Assembly: GCA_963760885.1 (NCBI GenBank) | Contig: CAVXEY010000015.1 | Location: 449,785 to 513,784 of the forward strand | From: an uncultured delta proteobacterium | Lineage (GTDB): Bacteria > Desulfobacterota > Deferrimicrobia > Deferrimicrobiales > Deferrimicrobiaceae | Reading direction: 5' to 3' | DNA: 64,000 nt | Shown here: positions 47,713-56,235 of the stretch, one piece after another | How positions within the stretch are numbered: the stretch's first letter is position 1 | Layout: each line of letters opens with the position of its first letter | The notes under the pieces: model-generated | Database searches by the model: none | What the model was told of the DNA's origin: nothing | Seen by the model: only the letters and a program-made list of their open reading frames with translations | Made by a program: the position numbers and the translations under genes

Positions 47713-48241
47713 ATGAACACATTGCACAAGGGATTTACCGCGCTGGTCCTCTTTACGGCGGTTGCCGTGGGGGCGACGATGGTTTCCGGAAACGCCTGGG
47801 CCTACCGCGGCGGGGACCGCGGCGGACGGTGCGCCGGCGAGGGACGGGGCGGCGGGTGGAAGGGGCACAGGGCCGCAAGGCGACCGGCTGGCCAAAGCGC
47901 TCGACCTTTCCAAGGAGCAGACGGAGCAGGTCAAGGCGATTTTCCGGAAACACCGTGACGAGGCCGCCCCGCTTCGCAAGGAGATGGTGTCCGAGCGGCG
48001 GGAATTGCGGAACCTGACCCAGGCGGACAAGACCGACGAGGCGGCCATCCGGGAACAGGCGAAGAAGATCGCCGCGACGAGCGGGGAGCTCGCCCTCCGC
48101 CGGGCGAAGATGGCCCAGGAAGTGCGGGCGGTGCTGACGCCGGAGCAGGTCCAGAAGTTCCGTGCCTTGCAGGAAAAACGGGACCGGCGGATGGACGGGA
48201 TGAGGGACCACTGGCATCAAGGGCGACCGAAGGGAGAGTAG
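47713..48241 (+). CDS. Spy/CpxP-family periplasmic protein (LTXXQ motif), apparently frameshifted between signal peptide and mature domain
   Basis: ATG at 47713 after GGGAGGAAACG. The signal peptide MNTLHKGFTALVLFTAVAVGATMVSGNAWA and the Gly-rich RGGGWKGH segment are in frame +1. The LAKALDLSKEQTEQVKAIF...LTPEQVQKF domain is in frame +2 (ORF 47762..48241). A 1-nt insertion near 47860-47875 is the simplest explanation. Confidence 0.5.
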
Positions 48242-48244
48242 TGC

Positions 48245-48820
48245 TTGTGCGCTTTGGGGGTGCCGATTGCGGTGGCGGACGAGGATGCCGATCTCGTCCG
48301 CGCCGCGATCGGAGGCGACGACGAGGCGTTTACGGAGCTGGTGCGCCTGCACAAGGGTGCGGTTCTTCGCAGCTCCGCCCGCTTCGCGCGCAACCCTGCG
48401 GAGCTGGAGGATCTCGGACAGGAGACGTTCCTGAGGGCCTACCGGGACCTCCGATCTTTTCGCGGCGACGCCCCGTTCGGGCACTGGCTGTCGCGGATCA
48501 CAGTCCGCGTCTGTTACGACGCGCTCCGGAAACGCCGCCGGGAGGAGAAGGAAGTTTCGCTGGAGGACCTGGCGGCTCCGGTGGCGGATCCGTCCACGGA
48601 AAACGGCCCTTCCGCGCAACTGGCCCGCATCACCCTCGAACGGGCGATGTCGCGCCTCAAACCCGATGACCGGCTGGTGATCACGCTGTTCGAGCTGGAG
48701 GACCGGTCGGTCCGGGAGATGGCGGAGTTGACGGGGTGGAGCGAAACGAGGGTGAAGGTGCGCGCTTTCCGTGCGCGTCAGGCCTTGAAACGGTATCTCG
48801 GGGGAGACGATGGAAGATAA
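48245..48820 (+). CDS. RNA polymerase ECF-type sigma-70 factor
   Basis: TTG at 48245 or GTG at 48260. It has sigma-2 region (LVRLHKGAVLRSSARFARNPAELEDLGQETFLRAY) and sigma-4 HTH (SVREMAELTGWSETRVKVRAFRARQAL). Confidence 0.85.
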   Translation: MCALGVPIAVADEDADLVRAAIGGDDEAFTELVRLHKGAVLRSSARFARNPAELEDLGQETFLRAYRDLRSFRGDAPFGHWLSRITVRVCYDALRKRRREEKEVSLEDLAAPVADPSTENGPSAQLARITLERAMSRLKPDDRLVITLFELEDRSVREMAELTGWSETRVKVRAFRARQALKRYLGGDDGR

Positions 48821-49127
48821 ACGACACGAACGGAGGGACGGGGAGCTCGACCGGCTCTTCGAGGAAACGCGGGAAGCGCCCCTGGACATCTCCGAGGTCG
48901 AACGGAACTTCGAGACGCGTGTCATGGCGAGAATCCGGGAGGAACGGGAACAGCAGGATCCCTGGTATTCCTGGGCCTGGCGACTGGCGCCGGTTTTCCT
49001 GGTGCTGACCCTCCTGCTCGGGGGGTGGGGCATGCTCTATTCGCCCGCGCATCCGGACGACCCGGTAGCGACGCTCGCCTCGGGAACCCAGGAAGTCGCG
49101 CTGCTCGACAACCTGACGGGAGAGTGA
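48810..49127 (+). CDS. putative anti-sigma factor (single TM)
   Basis: It overlaps the sigma stop by 11 nt. 105 aa with one TM (WRLAPVFLVLTLLLGGWGML). Confidence 0.5.
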   Translation: MEDKRHERRDGELDRLFEETREAPLDISEVERNFETRVMARIREEREQQDPWYSWAWRLAPVFLVLTLLLGGWGMLYSPAHPDDPVATLASGTQEVALLDNLTGE

Positions 49128-49132
49128 CGAAG

Positions 49133-49513
49133 ATGAAACGATGGAAATCGATCCTCGGCGTCCTGCTGGTTTTCCTGCTCGGCGCTCTCGCCGGGGCCGC
49201 GGTCGTGCACCGCGTCGACCGTCAAAACGTCGAGGCCGTGCTCGAAGGAAGGGGTGGCGCCACGGTGGACCTCGTCGTCCGGCGGCTTACCCGGTCCCTG
49301 GACCTCGACACCGCCCAGATGGATCAGGTGCGCGCCATCGTCACGGAAACGCGCCGTGAAATCGTCGAGATCCGGAAGCCGGTCCATGCCCAGGTCATGG
49401 CGTCGATCGAGAGCTCCCGCGCCCGGATACGCGCAATCCTGCGCCCCGACCAGCGGGAGAAGTTCGACCGCATCCAGACCGAGCGCAGGAAACGAAGGGG
49501 GCGGCCGGAGTAG
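49133..49513 (+). CDS. membrane-anchored Spy/CpxP-like (LTXXQ) periplasmic protein
   Basis: Start MKRWKSILGVLLVFLLGALAGA at 49133. It has the LDLDTAQMDQV and LRPDQREKF repeats. Confidence 0.55.
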   Translation: MKRWKSILGVLLVFLLGALAGAAVVHRVDRQNVEAVLEGRGGATVDLVVRRLTRSLDLDTAQMDQVRAIVTETRREIVEIRKPVHAQVMASIESSRARIRAILRPDQREKFDRIQTERRKRRGRPE

Positions 49514-49850
49514 TCCCGCCTTTGGAACCAACGGCGCGCACCCCTCATACCGGCGCAGCCTGCGCCGGTTTCCCATCCGACTCCGGGGAACGACGGCATC
49601 GTCGGTTTATCCGGCGTCACCGTTTGTGGAACTCGGGTCGCTGAGGGCGGCGCACAACAGGACCAGCGCCAGAAATTGCCAGTTCGCGATGACATCCGGC
49701 TTCATGAGGATGGTTTGGCCGATGGTCAGCAGGAAAACGGTTCGTATAGGATTCCGGTTGGAATCCGGGATGCGCCTCCGGGATTCCCGACGTAAGATCG
49801 CACCTTTCCGCGGGCCCCGGCATCCAATGAGGGACAAAGGAGGTGGCGAC

Positions 49851-49883
49851 ATGTGCAAGACATGCGGTTGCGGAAAAAAGTGA
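49851..49883 (+). CDS. 10-codon Cys-rich micro-ORF (MCKTCGCGKK) with perfect Shine-Dalgarno
   Basis: AAAGGAGGTG at 49837-49846, a 4-nt spacer, then ATG at 49851 and TGA at 49881. It lies in a 330-nt non-coding stretch convergent with the VWA gene. Confidence 0.3.
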   Translation: MCKTCGCGKK

Positions 49884-49945
49884 CGTCATAACCCGTGGGG
49901 GGACTCCGTACGTGCGCGGCGTCCCCCCCGGCTTCCGCCTGTTCC

Positions 49946-51295
49946 CTACCGTTGCTGGAGCGTTTCGTACGCCCGGTACTTGATCGCTTTCTGGGCCCCC
50001 TTGGCCGACTCCGAACTCATATCTCCCATCGCGTCGAGGCTGTTCCTGTACCGGTTCGCCTGATCCATCTCGGCTTGGACCGCGGGCGACGGCGGTGCTG
50101 CGGCCAGCCCCGCCGCGGCCTTGCCGAGCACCCTCTTCGCCTCCTCCTTTTTCCCCTGGTCGGCCAGCCGCGCCGCTTCCTGCACCAGCACGTTCGCCTC
50201 CGCGACGGCCCTTTTCTCCTGCACCGACCGGTCGAACCCCTCCCGGAAGGCCCGCTCGTCGCGGACGAGTTCGAGGGAAACCCCCTTCGCGGCTGCGGTG
50301 ACCACCTTCGACGTCACCGGGTCGCGGTACCGGAGCGCCACGTTCCCGACTTCCCGCAGGCCGATCCGTTCCCCGCCCACGTTCAGCCTGGCGAAAACGG
50401 TCCGACGCTCGCCCGCGGAAAGATCGCCCAGCCGGATGACGTAGGCGTCGCCGTCTCGCCGCCAGTCGCGCCCGAGGATCGAGCCGAAGCGGCAATCCCC
50501 CTTGAGCCGGATGAGGATCTCGACCTCGGAGGCGGCCGTCCGGGAAGCGGTATGGAACTCGGATTCCAGCGCCGCCACGATCCGCTCGGGATCGCCGAGG
50601 TAGCGGTAATTCCCTCCGCCCCCTCTTGCAACCATCGTCATCAACTCCTCGTCGAAGTCGTTGCCGACTCCGAACGTGGAAACGGAGATCCCGTTTTCCG
50701 CCATGTCTACCGCGCGCTCCCTCAGGGAGCCGCGGCTGGTCACGCCGACGTTGGCCAGCCCGTCCGAGAGGAGAAGGACCCGGTTCAGGGTGCCCCTGCG
50801 CTTCCCGTCCTTCGCCTGCCGGAACCCTTCCTCCAGCCCGCCGGAGAGGAAGGTCGACCCGCCCGGGTACAGCCCGGAAATGATCCGGTGGAGCGCCTCC
50901 CGGTCCCGTCCCACGGGACGCGACGGCCACGGGATCTCGACCCGCTGGCTGTAGGTCACGACGGAGAGGAGATCGTCCGGCCCCATCATGTCCACGAGGT
51001 GATGGGCGGCCGTCTTGACGAAGTCGAGCTTCCGCGCTTCCGCCATCGAGCCGCTCCGGTCGATGACGAGCGCGAGATTCAGCCGGGGCCGGTCGGTGTG
51101 GAACCCCGGGGCGTCGGGGGCGATCACCTGGATCTGGATCGTCCCGTCGCCGGGCCCGGGGACCAGCACCCTCCGGTTCTCCGACCGAACGTCGAGCATG
51201 AGGGGCGCCGCGTGGGCGCACGCCGGGCCGAGGATGAGCGTCGTCAGCGCCGCCGCAAGCATCCACATCCTGTTCCCGATCCGTTCCGTTTTCAT
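49946..51295 (-). CDS. secreted von Willebrand factor type A (VWA) domain protein
   Basis: Start MKTERIGNRMWMLAAALTTLILGPACAHA at 51295. It has the MIDAS motif DRSGSM and a C-terminal Ala/Lys/Glu-rich helical tail. Confidence 0.75.
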   Translation of the reverse strand: MKTERIGNRMWMLAAALTTLILGPACAHAAPLMLDVRSENRRVLVPGPGDGTIQIQVIAPDAPGFHTDRPRLNLALVIDRSGSMAEARKLDFVKTAAHHLVDMMGPDDLLSVVTYSQRVEIPWPSRPVGRDREALHRIISGLYPGGSTFLSGGLEEGFRQAKDGKRRGTLNRVLLLSDGLANVGVTSRGSLRERAVDMAENGISVSTFGVGNDFDEELMTMVARGGGGNYRYLGDPERIVAALESEFHTASRTAASEVEILIRLKGDCRFGSILGRDWRRDGDAYVIRLGDLSAGERRTVFARLNVGGERIGLREVGNVALRYRDPVTSKVVTAAAKGVSLELVRDERAFREGFDRSVQEKRAVAEANVLVQEAARLADQGKKEEAKRVLGKAAAGLAAAPPSPAVQAEMDQANRYRNSLDAMGDMSSESAKGAQKAIKYRAYETLQQR

Positions 51296-51431
51296 GCGAA
51301 TCCTCCGTTTCACGCGAGATGGAATTCCCGTTCCACCCCATGTACCCGGCACGGCCCGGCTTTATTCCCGTTCCATCGGCAACTCTCCGGCGGGAATATT
51401 TTCGCCGCTCGTATGGTATAGAGGTTGAGGG

Positions 51432-52004
51432 ATGAGCGCCGACCTCGACGGGGAAAAGGACGAGCGGCTTGCCGCGCTGGCGGCGGGAGGCGATCGGGGC
51501 GCCTTCGAAGCGCTGGTGACCCGCCACCGGCAGGCGGTCTACCGGCTTTGCTGGTCGGCGACGGGGAACGCCGCCGACGCCGACGACGCGGCGCAGGAGA
51601 CGTTCGTACGGGTCTACCGGTCGTTGCCCTCGTACGATCCGGCGAGGCCGTTCGGCCCGTGGCTCCGGAAGATCGCGTGGAATTGCAGTCTGACGGTCCG
51701 CCGCGACGGGAACGCGGGGGTGTCCAGGGTTGCCGAGGGCGACGCGCCCGAGGCGGTCGACCCGGCGCCCGGTCCCGAGGAGGCGGCCACGGGGAACGAA
51801 GAGAGGCGGCGGGTGGAGGACGCGCTGGCCGCACTTCCCGCCGAACTCCGGATGGTGATGGTGCTGCGGGCGGTGGAGGGACTCTCCTACGCCGAGATCG
51901 CCCTGGCGGCGGGGATTCCTGCGGGCACGGTGATGTCGCGCCTTTCCCGCGCCCGAACGCGGCTGCTGGCCGCGTTCGGGGAAGGATCCGGAGGAGGTTC
52001 GTGA
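51432..52004 (+). CDS. RNA polymerase ECF-type sigma-70 factor
   Basis: It has sigma-2 (AFEALVTRHRQAVYRLCWSATGNAADADDAAQETFVRVY) and sigma-4 (LSYAEIALAAGIPAGTVMSRLSRAR). Confidence 0.85.
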   Translation: MSADLDGEKDERLAALAAGGDRGAFEALVTRHRQAVYRLCWSATGNAADADDAAQETFVRVYRSLPSYDPARPFGPWLRKIAWNCSLTVRRDGNAGVSRVAEGDAPEAVDPAPGPEEAATGNEERRRVEDALAALPAELRMVMVLRAVEGLSYAEIALAAGIPAGTVMSRLSRARTRLLAAFGEGSGGGS

Positions 52005-53092
52005 TGGATTGCCGGGAAACGCGGACGCTTCTGAACGCCTTCCACGACGGGGAACTGCCCCCCCCCGACCGTGCCCGGGTGGAAGAACACCTGCGCGGCT
52101 GCGCGGAATGCGGCGCGCTGCTGGCCGACTTGGCGCGGGCCGATCGGGCGGCCGGCGTTCCCGACCCGGGAACCGATTACTGGGACCGCTTCAACGTTCG
52201 CGTGATGGATCGTGTCGCGCGGGAAGCGGACGGCCAGGGAGTGCGGGTGCTGCGGCCGAAAGGCGGCTGGATGCGGGAGCAGCTCCGCTACCTCGTCCCC
52301 GCCGCCGCCGCGGCGCTGGTTCTGGTGATCGTTCATTACGGCGGGATGCGTCCCGTCGCCCCGACCCCGGAGGTCCCTCCGGCGGTGAGCAAACCGGAAG
52401 CCCGGGATTCGGCAGGGGACCGGGGGAGCAGGGGGGGACCCGAATCCGACGGACAGGGACGGCCTAGTGCCGGGGCAGGCAGGGACGCTTCGGGTTCTGT
52501 TGCCCCGGCCCGCGGGAAGAAAAAGGCGGAGGAGGCCGCGGCTCCCGCCGCCGGCGCGCTCTCGCCGCCACAGGTGACGTTCCGGGGCGAACCCGCCGGT
52601 TCGCCGCCGGCCGCGGCGGCGGACGGGACACCCCGGGGGTTGCGAGCCGAGCGGAAGAAGGTGGCAGGGTTGCCCGACGTGACGACCGCACGGCAAGGTT
52701 CCAGCAAGAGCGCATCGGCTTCGGAAGCGAGGATGGGGAAGGAACCCTCCGTGCAGGGGCTTCCATCGATGTCCCTTGGAAAAACAGTCCCGGCGCCCTC
52801 CCGCGTCGCCTCCGCTTGCGGACTTGCGCGGTCCCTGGCCGAGCGGGAACGAACCCGGGATGCGGAAGCCGCCCAGCGGACGTGCCTCGCGGGGGACCTG
52901 GACGCACCCTCCCGGGAAAAGGGTCTTGTCTTCCTGGCCGAACTGCTCGACCGCCAGGCGCGCTTCACCGAAGCCGACGCGGTCATCGCGGAAGTCGAGA
53001 AACGGTATCCGCAAAGCCGTCCGCTGGAGCTCTACCTCCGGGAGCGACCGATGGTGCAGAAGGATCCGACGTCGGTCCCGGTTACCCGCTAG
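52004..53092 (+). CDS. zinc-finger (ZAS-type) anti-sigma factor with TM helix and long Pro/Ala/Gly-rich periplasmic region
   Basis: ATG at 52004 overlaps the sigma stop (GTGATG). It has the HLRGCAECG motif and the TM LVPAAAAALVLVIV. The C-terminal part is a helical, possibly TPR-like, domain. Confidence 0.7.
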   Translation: MDCRETRTLLNAFHDGELPPPDRARVEEHLRGCAECGALLADLARADRAAGVPDPGTDYWDRFNVRVMDRVAREADGQGVRVLRPKGGWMREQLRYLVPAAAAALVLVIVHYGGMRPVAPTPEVPPAVSKPEARDSAGDRGSRGGPESDGQGRPSAGAGRDASGSVAPARGKKKAEEAAAPAAGALSPPQVTFRGEPAGSPPAAAADGTPRGLRAERKKVAGLPDVTTARQGSSKSASASEARMGKEPSVQGLPSMSLGKTVPAPSRVASACGLARSLAERERTRDAEAAQRTCLAGDLDAPSREKGLVFLAELLDRQARFTEADAVIAEVEKRYPQSRPLELYLRERPMVQKDPTSVPVTR

Positions 53093-53103
53093 CCGCTGCC
53101 CGG

Positions 53104-53505
53104 TCAGGCCCCGGCGGTCCTCGTCGGGAGCAGCGACCGGATCTTCCCCTCCTGGATCCCGGCGGGTTCCGCGTCGCCCTTCATCCGCGCGCGCCCGTCG
53201 AAGACCGCCCCTTCGGAGACCGAGAGCTTCGGCGCGTGGATCTCCCCGACCATCGTGGCCCTCTCCCTCAATTCCACCGTCTCCGTCGCCTCGATGTCCC
53301 CCTCGACGGATCCCCCGACGACCATCCCCCGCGTGCGGGTGTTCCCAAGGATCTTCCCGGACTCCCCGACGACCACCCAATCGGCCTGGACATCCCCCTC
53401 CACGATCCCGTCGACGCGGATCGTTCCCGTCACGATCACTTTCCCCGCGATGCGCGTGTCGTTGCCGACGATCGTCTCCAGCTTCCGTGAACCTTTTCCG
53501 AACAT
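53104..53505 (-). CDS. bactofilin (CcmA-like polymer-forming cytoskeletal protein)
   Basis: Start MFGKGSRKLETIVG at 53505 after GGAGG. It has a beta-helical repeat pattern (VIVTGTIRVDGIVEGDVQADWVVVGESGKILGN...). Confidence 0.8.
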   Translation of the reverse strand: MFGKGSRKLETIVGNDTRIAGKVIVTGTIRVDGIVEGDVQADWVVVGESGKILGNTRTRGMVVGGSVEGDIEATETVELRERATMVGEIHAPKLSVSEGAVFDGRARMKGDAEPAGIQEGKIRSLLPTRTAGA

Positions 53506-53507
53506 GA

Positions 53508-54341
53508 TCACCTCCTGGCGAGGAATCTGACCGGGTCCGTGGGGCGCCCGTCTTTCCAGACCTCGTAATGCACGTGCGGGCCCGTGGAGACTCCGGTGGA
53601 GCCGGAGATCGCGATCACCTCGCCCCGGGTGATGCGCTGACCGACCCGGACAAGCGCCTTCCGGTTGTGCGCATAGGCCGTGCGGAACCCGCGCCCGTGC
53701 TCGGCGACCACCACGATGCCGCCGTTTTCCGTCCATCCGGCGAAGCTCACGATCCCGTCCGCCGTCGCTTTCACCTTGCTGCCGGACGGGACGGAGAGGT
53801 CGACGCCGGTGTGGAACTTCCTCTCCTCGTACACCGGGTGGATCCGGTATCCGTAGGGAGAGGAAAGCGCTCCGGCGACAGGCCACCCGACGGGCGTGGC
53901 GCGAAGGATGTCCTTCTGTTCGGCGATGTACCCGCGGATCTCCGAGACCGACTGCATCGCCGCCTCGATCTGGTTCCTCAGGACCTCCATGTCGAAGGAC
54001 CCGGTGTCCCCGGGATTCGACGACTCCAGGACCGCGGATTTCGACTTCAGGGAGAACAGTTTCCGGAAATCCTTTTCCGCCTGTTTCAGGGAAAGCATCG
54101 TTCCTTCCATTTCGAGGAACTGCGCGGAGACGAGAGACAGTCTCTCCTGCATCCGGCGATACTCCACGGCCCGCACCGACACGGAGACGACGAAGACGGT
54201 CCCGATCAGGAACAGGCAGACCGACGCGGCGACCGCGATCCCCGGAACCCGGACGCTGACGGGCCGGGTCCGGCCGTGGGGTACCAGCAGGATGGTCACG
54301 GGGGTGAGGATTCTCTTCAGGAACATCCGCGGGCGGTTCAT
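53508..54341 (-). CDS. M23-family peptidoglycan DD-metalloendopeptidase with N-terminal TM and coiled coil
   Basis: Start MNRPRMFLKRIL at 54341 after GAAGGAGG. It has the HTGVDL and HVHYEV zinc-ligand motifs. Its stop is 2 nt before the bactofilin start. Confidence 0.8.
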   Translation of the reverse strand: MNRPRMFLKRILTPVTILLVPHGRTRPVSVRVPGIAVAASVCLFLIGTVFVVSVSVRAVEYRRMQERLSLVSAQFLEMEGTMLSLKQAEKDFRKLFSLKSKSAVLESSNPGDTGSFDMEVLRNQIEAAMQSVSEIRGYIAEQKDILRATPVGWPVAGALSSPYGYRIHPVYEERKFHTGVDLSVPSGSKVKATADGIVSFAGWTENGGIVVVAEHGRGFRTAYAHNRKALVRVGQRITRGEVIAISGSTGVSTGPHVHYEVWKDGRPTDPVRFLARR

Positions 54342-54551
54342 GGTGACCTCCTTCGAGATGAGCCCGATGGCGGAACGACGGAAGCCTTTCGACAGGCCAT
54401 GAACCTGCAACAGGCATTCCCGAAGGGGCTTCTGTTAACCCATTGAAATATCATGGACAAATTGTCAGAGACGGACACGGCGATACCGTTTTCCGGATCC
54501 GGGCGAGGGGGGATGACAGGATTGTATTCCCGGGCGTCGCCGGGAAGGTCT

Positions 54552-55433
54552 TCAGAGCCCCCGCATCCACTCCGGCCGAAGCGTCCCCGGGGAGGCGTCC
54601 ATCAAGGTCTTGTCGATGCGCCGCAGGATCTCGTCCTTGTCGCGGGGAAGCGTCATCCCCGTGATGGGAAGGTAGTTGGATGCGTGCTCCGTGCCGAACT
54701 TGCAACCCGAGAGTTCCAGATCCTCCACGAACCACCGCAGCTCCTGCAGGGACTGCACGGGGTCGATGAGCCGGAACCCGTGTCCCATGATCCGCTCCTC
54801 GTAGGTGCGCGCGTCGGGGAGCGGTATCAAGGTAAGCGTGGCCAGGAACTGGGGGTCGATGTCGTTGACCACGCGTGCGGAATCCTTCGCATGGGCGGCA
54901 CTCCCCTCCACGCCGCCGAGCCCCAGGATGATGAAGGCGGAGACCCGCAGTCCCGCCTGCAGGGCCTTCCTGCCGCCGTCGACGATCTGCCCGGCGGTCG
55001 CGCCCTTCCCGACCCTCGTCAGCAGCTCGTCGTTCCCCGTCTCGATCCCGAGGTAGAGGAGATCGAGTTTGCGTTCCCTGAGCCTCCCCAGCTCTTCCGG
55101 CGTCTTCGCCACGAGGTTCGTGGGGCCGGCGTACGTGCTGATCCGTTCGAGGGAGGGAAACCGCCGGTTCATGAGGTCGAGGACCCTCACGAGGTAATCG
55201 GTCGGCGCCGCCATCGGGTCGCCGTCGGCCAGGAAGATCTTCCTGGCGTCCGGGGTACACGCGGACATCTCCACGACGTCCCTTTCCACCTCTTCGAAGG
55301 GGCGCACCCGGAACTCCTTGGTCCGGTACGAGGCGCAGAACCGGCACCGGTTCCAGGAGCAGCCGAGCGTCACCTGGAATATGAGGGACCTCGCCTCCGA
55401 CGGCGGCCTGAACAGCGGAAAGTCGTATTCCAT
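54552..55433 (-). CDS. radical SAM domain protein with non-canonical Cx4Cx2C cluster motif
   Basis: The motif is GCSWNRCRFC, 22 aa from the N-terminus. It has a glycine-rich SAM-binding segment (LYLGIETGND) and is 293 aa. Confidence 0.65.
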   Translation of the reverse strand: MEYDFPLFRPPSEARSLIFQVTLGCSWNRCRFCASYRTKEFRVRPFEEVERDVVEMSACTPDARKIFLADGDPMAAPTDYLVRVLDLMNRRFPSLERISTYAGPTNLVAKTPEELGRLRERKLDLLYLGIETGNDELLTRVGKGATAGQIVDGGRKALQAGLRVSAFIILGLGGVEGSAAHAKDSARVVNDIDPQFLATLTLIPLPDARTYEERIMGHGFRLIDPVQSLQELRWFVEDLELSGCKFGTEHASNYLPITGMTLPRDKDEILRRIDKTLMDASPGTLRPEWMRGL

Positions 55434-55487
55434 GGTGGTCTTAGGTTACCATCTCCAAAGGAACCTTCGCGCGGAGAGGAGGATGCC

Positions 55488-55961
55488 ATGTCCCCGGATG
55501 CGAAGCCCGTATCGGCGACCCGGCTGGTGATGGCGCAGGAGATGACGCCCCAGGACGCGAACCCCGCGGGGAACGTCCACGGTGGAAACATCATGAAATT
55601 GGCCGACTCGGCCGCGGGCGTCGTTTCCATCCGGCACTCCGGCAGGAACTGCGTCACCGCCGCCGTGGACCACTTCGAATTCCACGCCCCCGTCTTCATC
55701 GGCAACCTCGTCACCTTTCACGCCTCCGTGAACCACGTGGGGCGCACCTCGATGGAGGTCGGGGTCCGCGTCGAGGCGGAGGAGCCGCGAACGGGAAAGA
55801 GGACCCACACGAATTCGTCCTATTTCCTCATGGTGGCGCTCGACGACGAGGGGAAGCCGGTCGAGGTGCCGGGACTCCTGCTGGAAACCGCGGAGGATCG
55901 CCGCAGGAACGGGGAGGCGATGCAGCGGGCGATCGATCGGAAAAAGCGCCAGAGGAAGTAG
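55488..55961 (+). CDS. hotdog-fold acyl-CoA thioesterase
   Basis: ATG at 55488 after GAGGAGG. It has ...NPAGNVHGGNIMKLADSAAG... typical of the YciA/4HBT-type fold and a basic C-terminal tail. Confidence 0.7.
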   Translation: MSPDAKPVSATRLVMAQEMTPQDANPAGNVHGGNIMKLADSAAGVVSIRHSGRNCVTAAVDHFEFHAPVFIGNLVTFHASVNHVGRTSMEVGVRVEAEEPRTGKRTHTNSSYFLMVALDDEGKPVEVPGLLLETAEDRRRNGEAMQRAIDRKKRQRK

Positions 55962-55974
55962 GGGCGGCCGAGGG

Positions 55975-56235
55975 ATGGCGAGCGATCGAGGAACACGCCA
56001 CGGCTCGCGACTGCTTCTTGGGATCGCGCTCTTCGGGGGCGTCCTCGCATCGATCTGCGGGGGGGCGCTTCTGGCGGACTTCGCGCTGGACCTGCTGGGC
56101 GTCGTCTCGCGGCCGGTCCGGCTCGGGGTGAAGGGGATCGCCATGGCGGCCGCGCTGCCCGCGGGGTTCTACCTCGTCGAACGCGCGTTCCTCGCGCGGT
56201 CTCCGCCTACTTCCCGGAAAACACCTGGGCCTTGA
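55975..56235 (+). CDS. hypothetical small 2-TM membrane protein
   Basis: It fills a 270-nt gap, is hydrophobic and has a weak RBS. Confidence 0.25.
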   Translation: MASDRGTRHGSRLLLGIALFGGVLASICGGALLADFALDLLGVVSRPVRLGVKGIAMAAALPAGFYLVERAFLARSPPTSRKTPGP

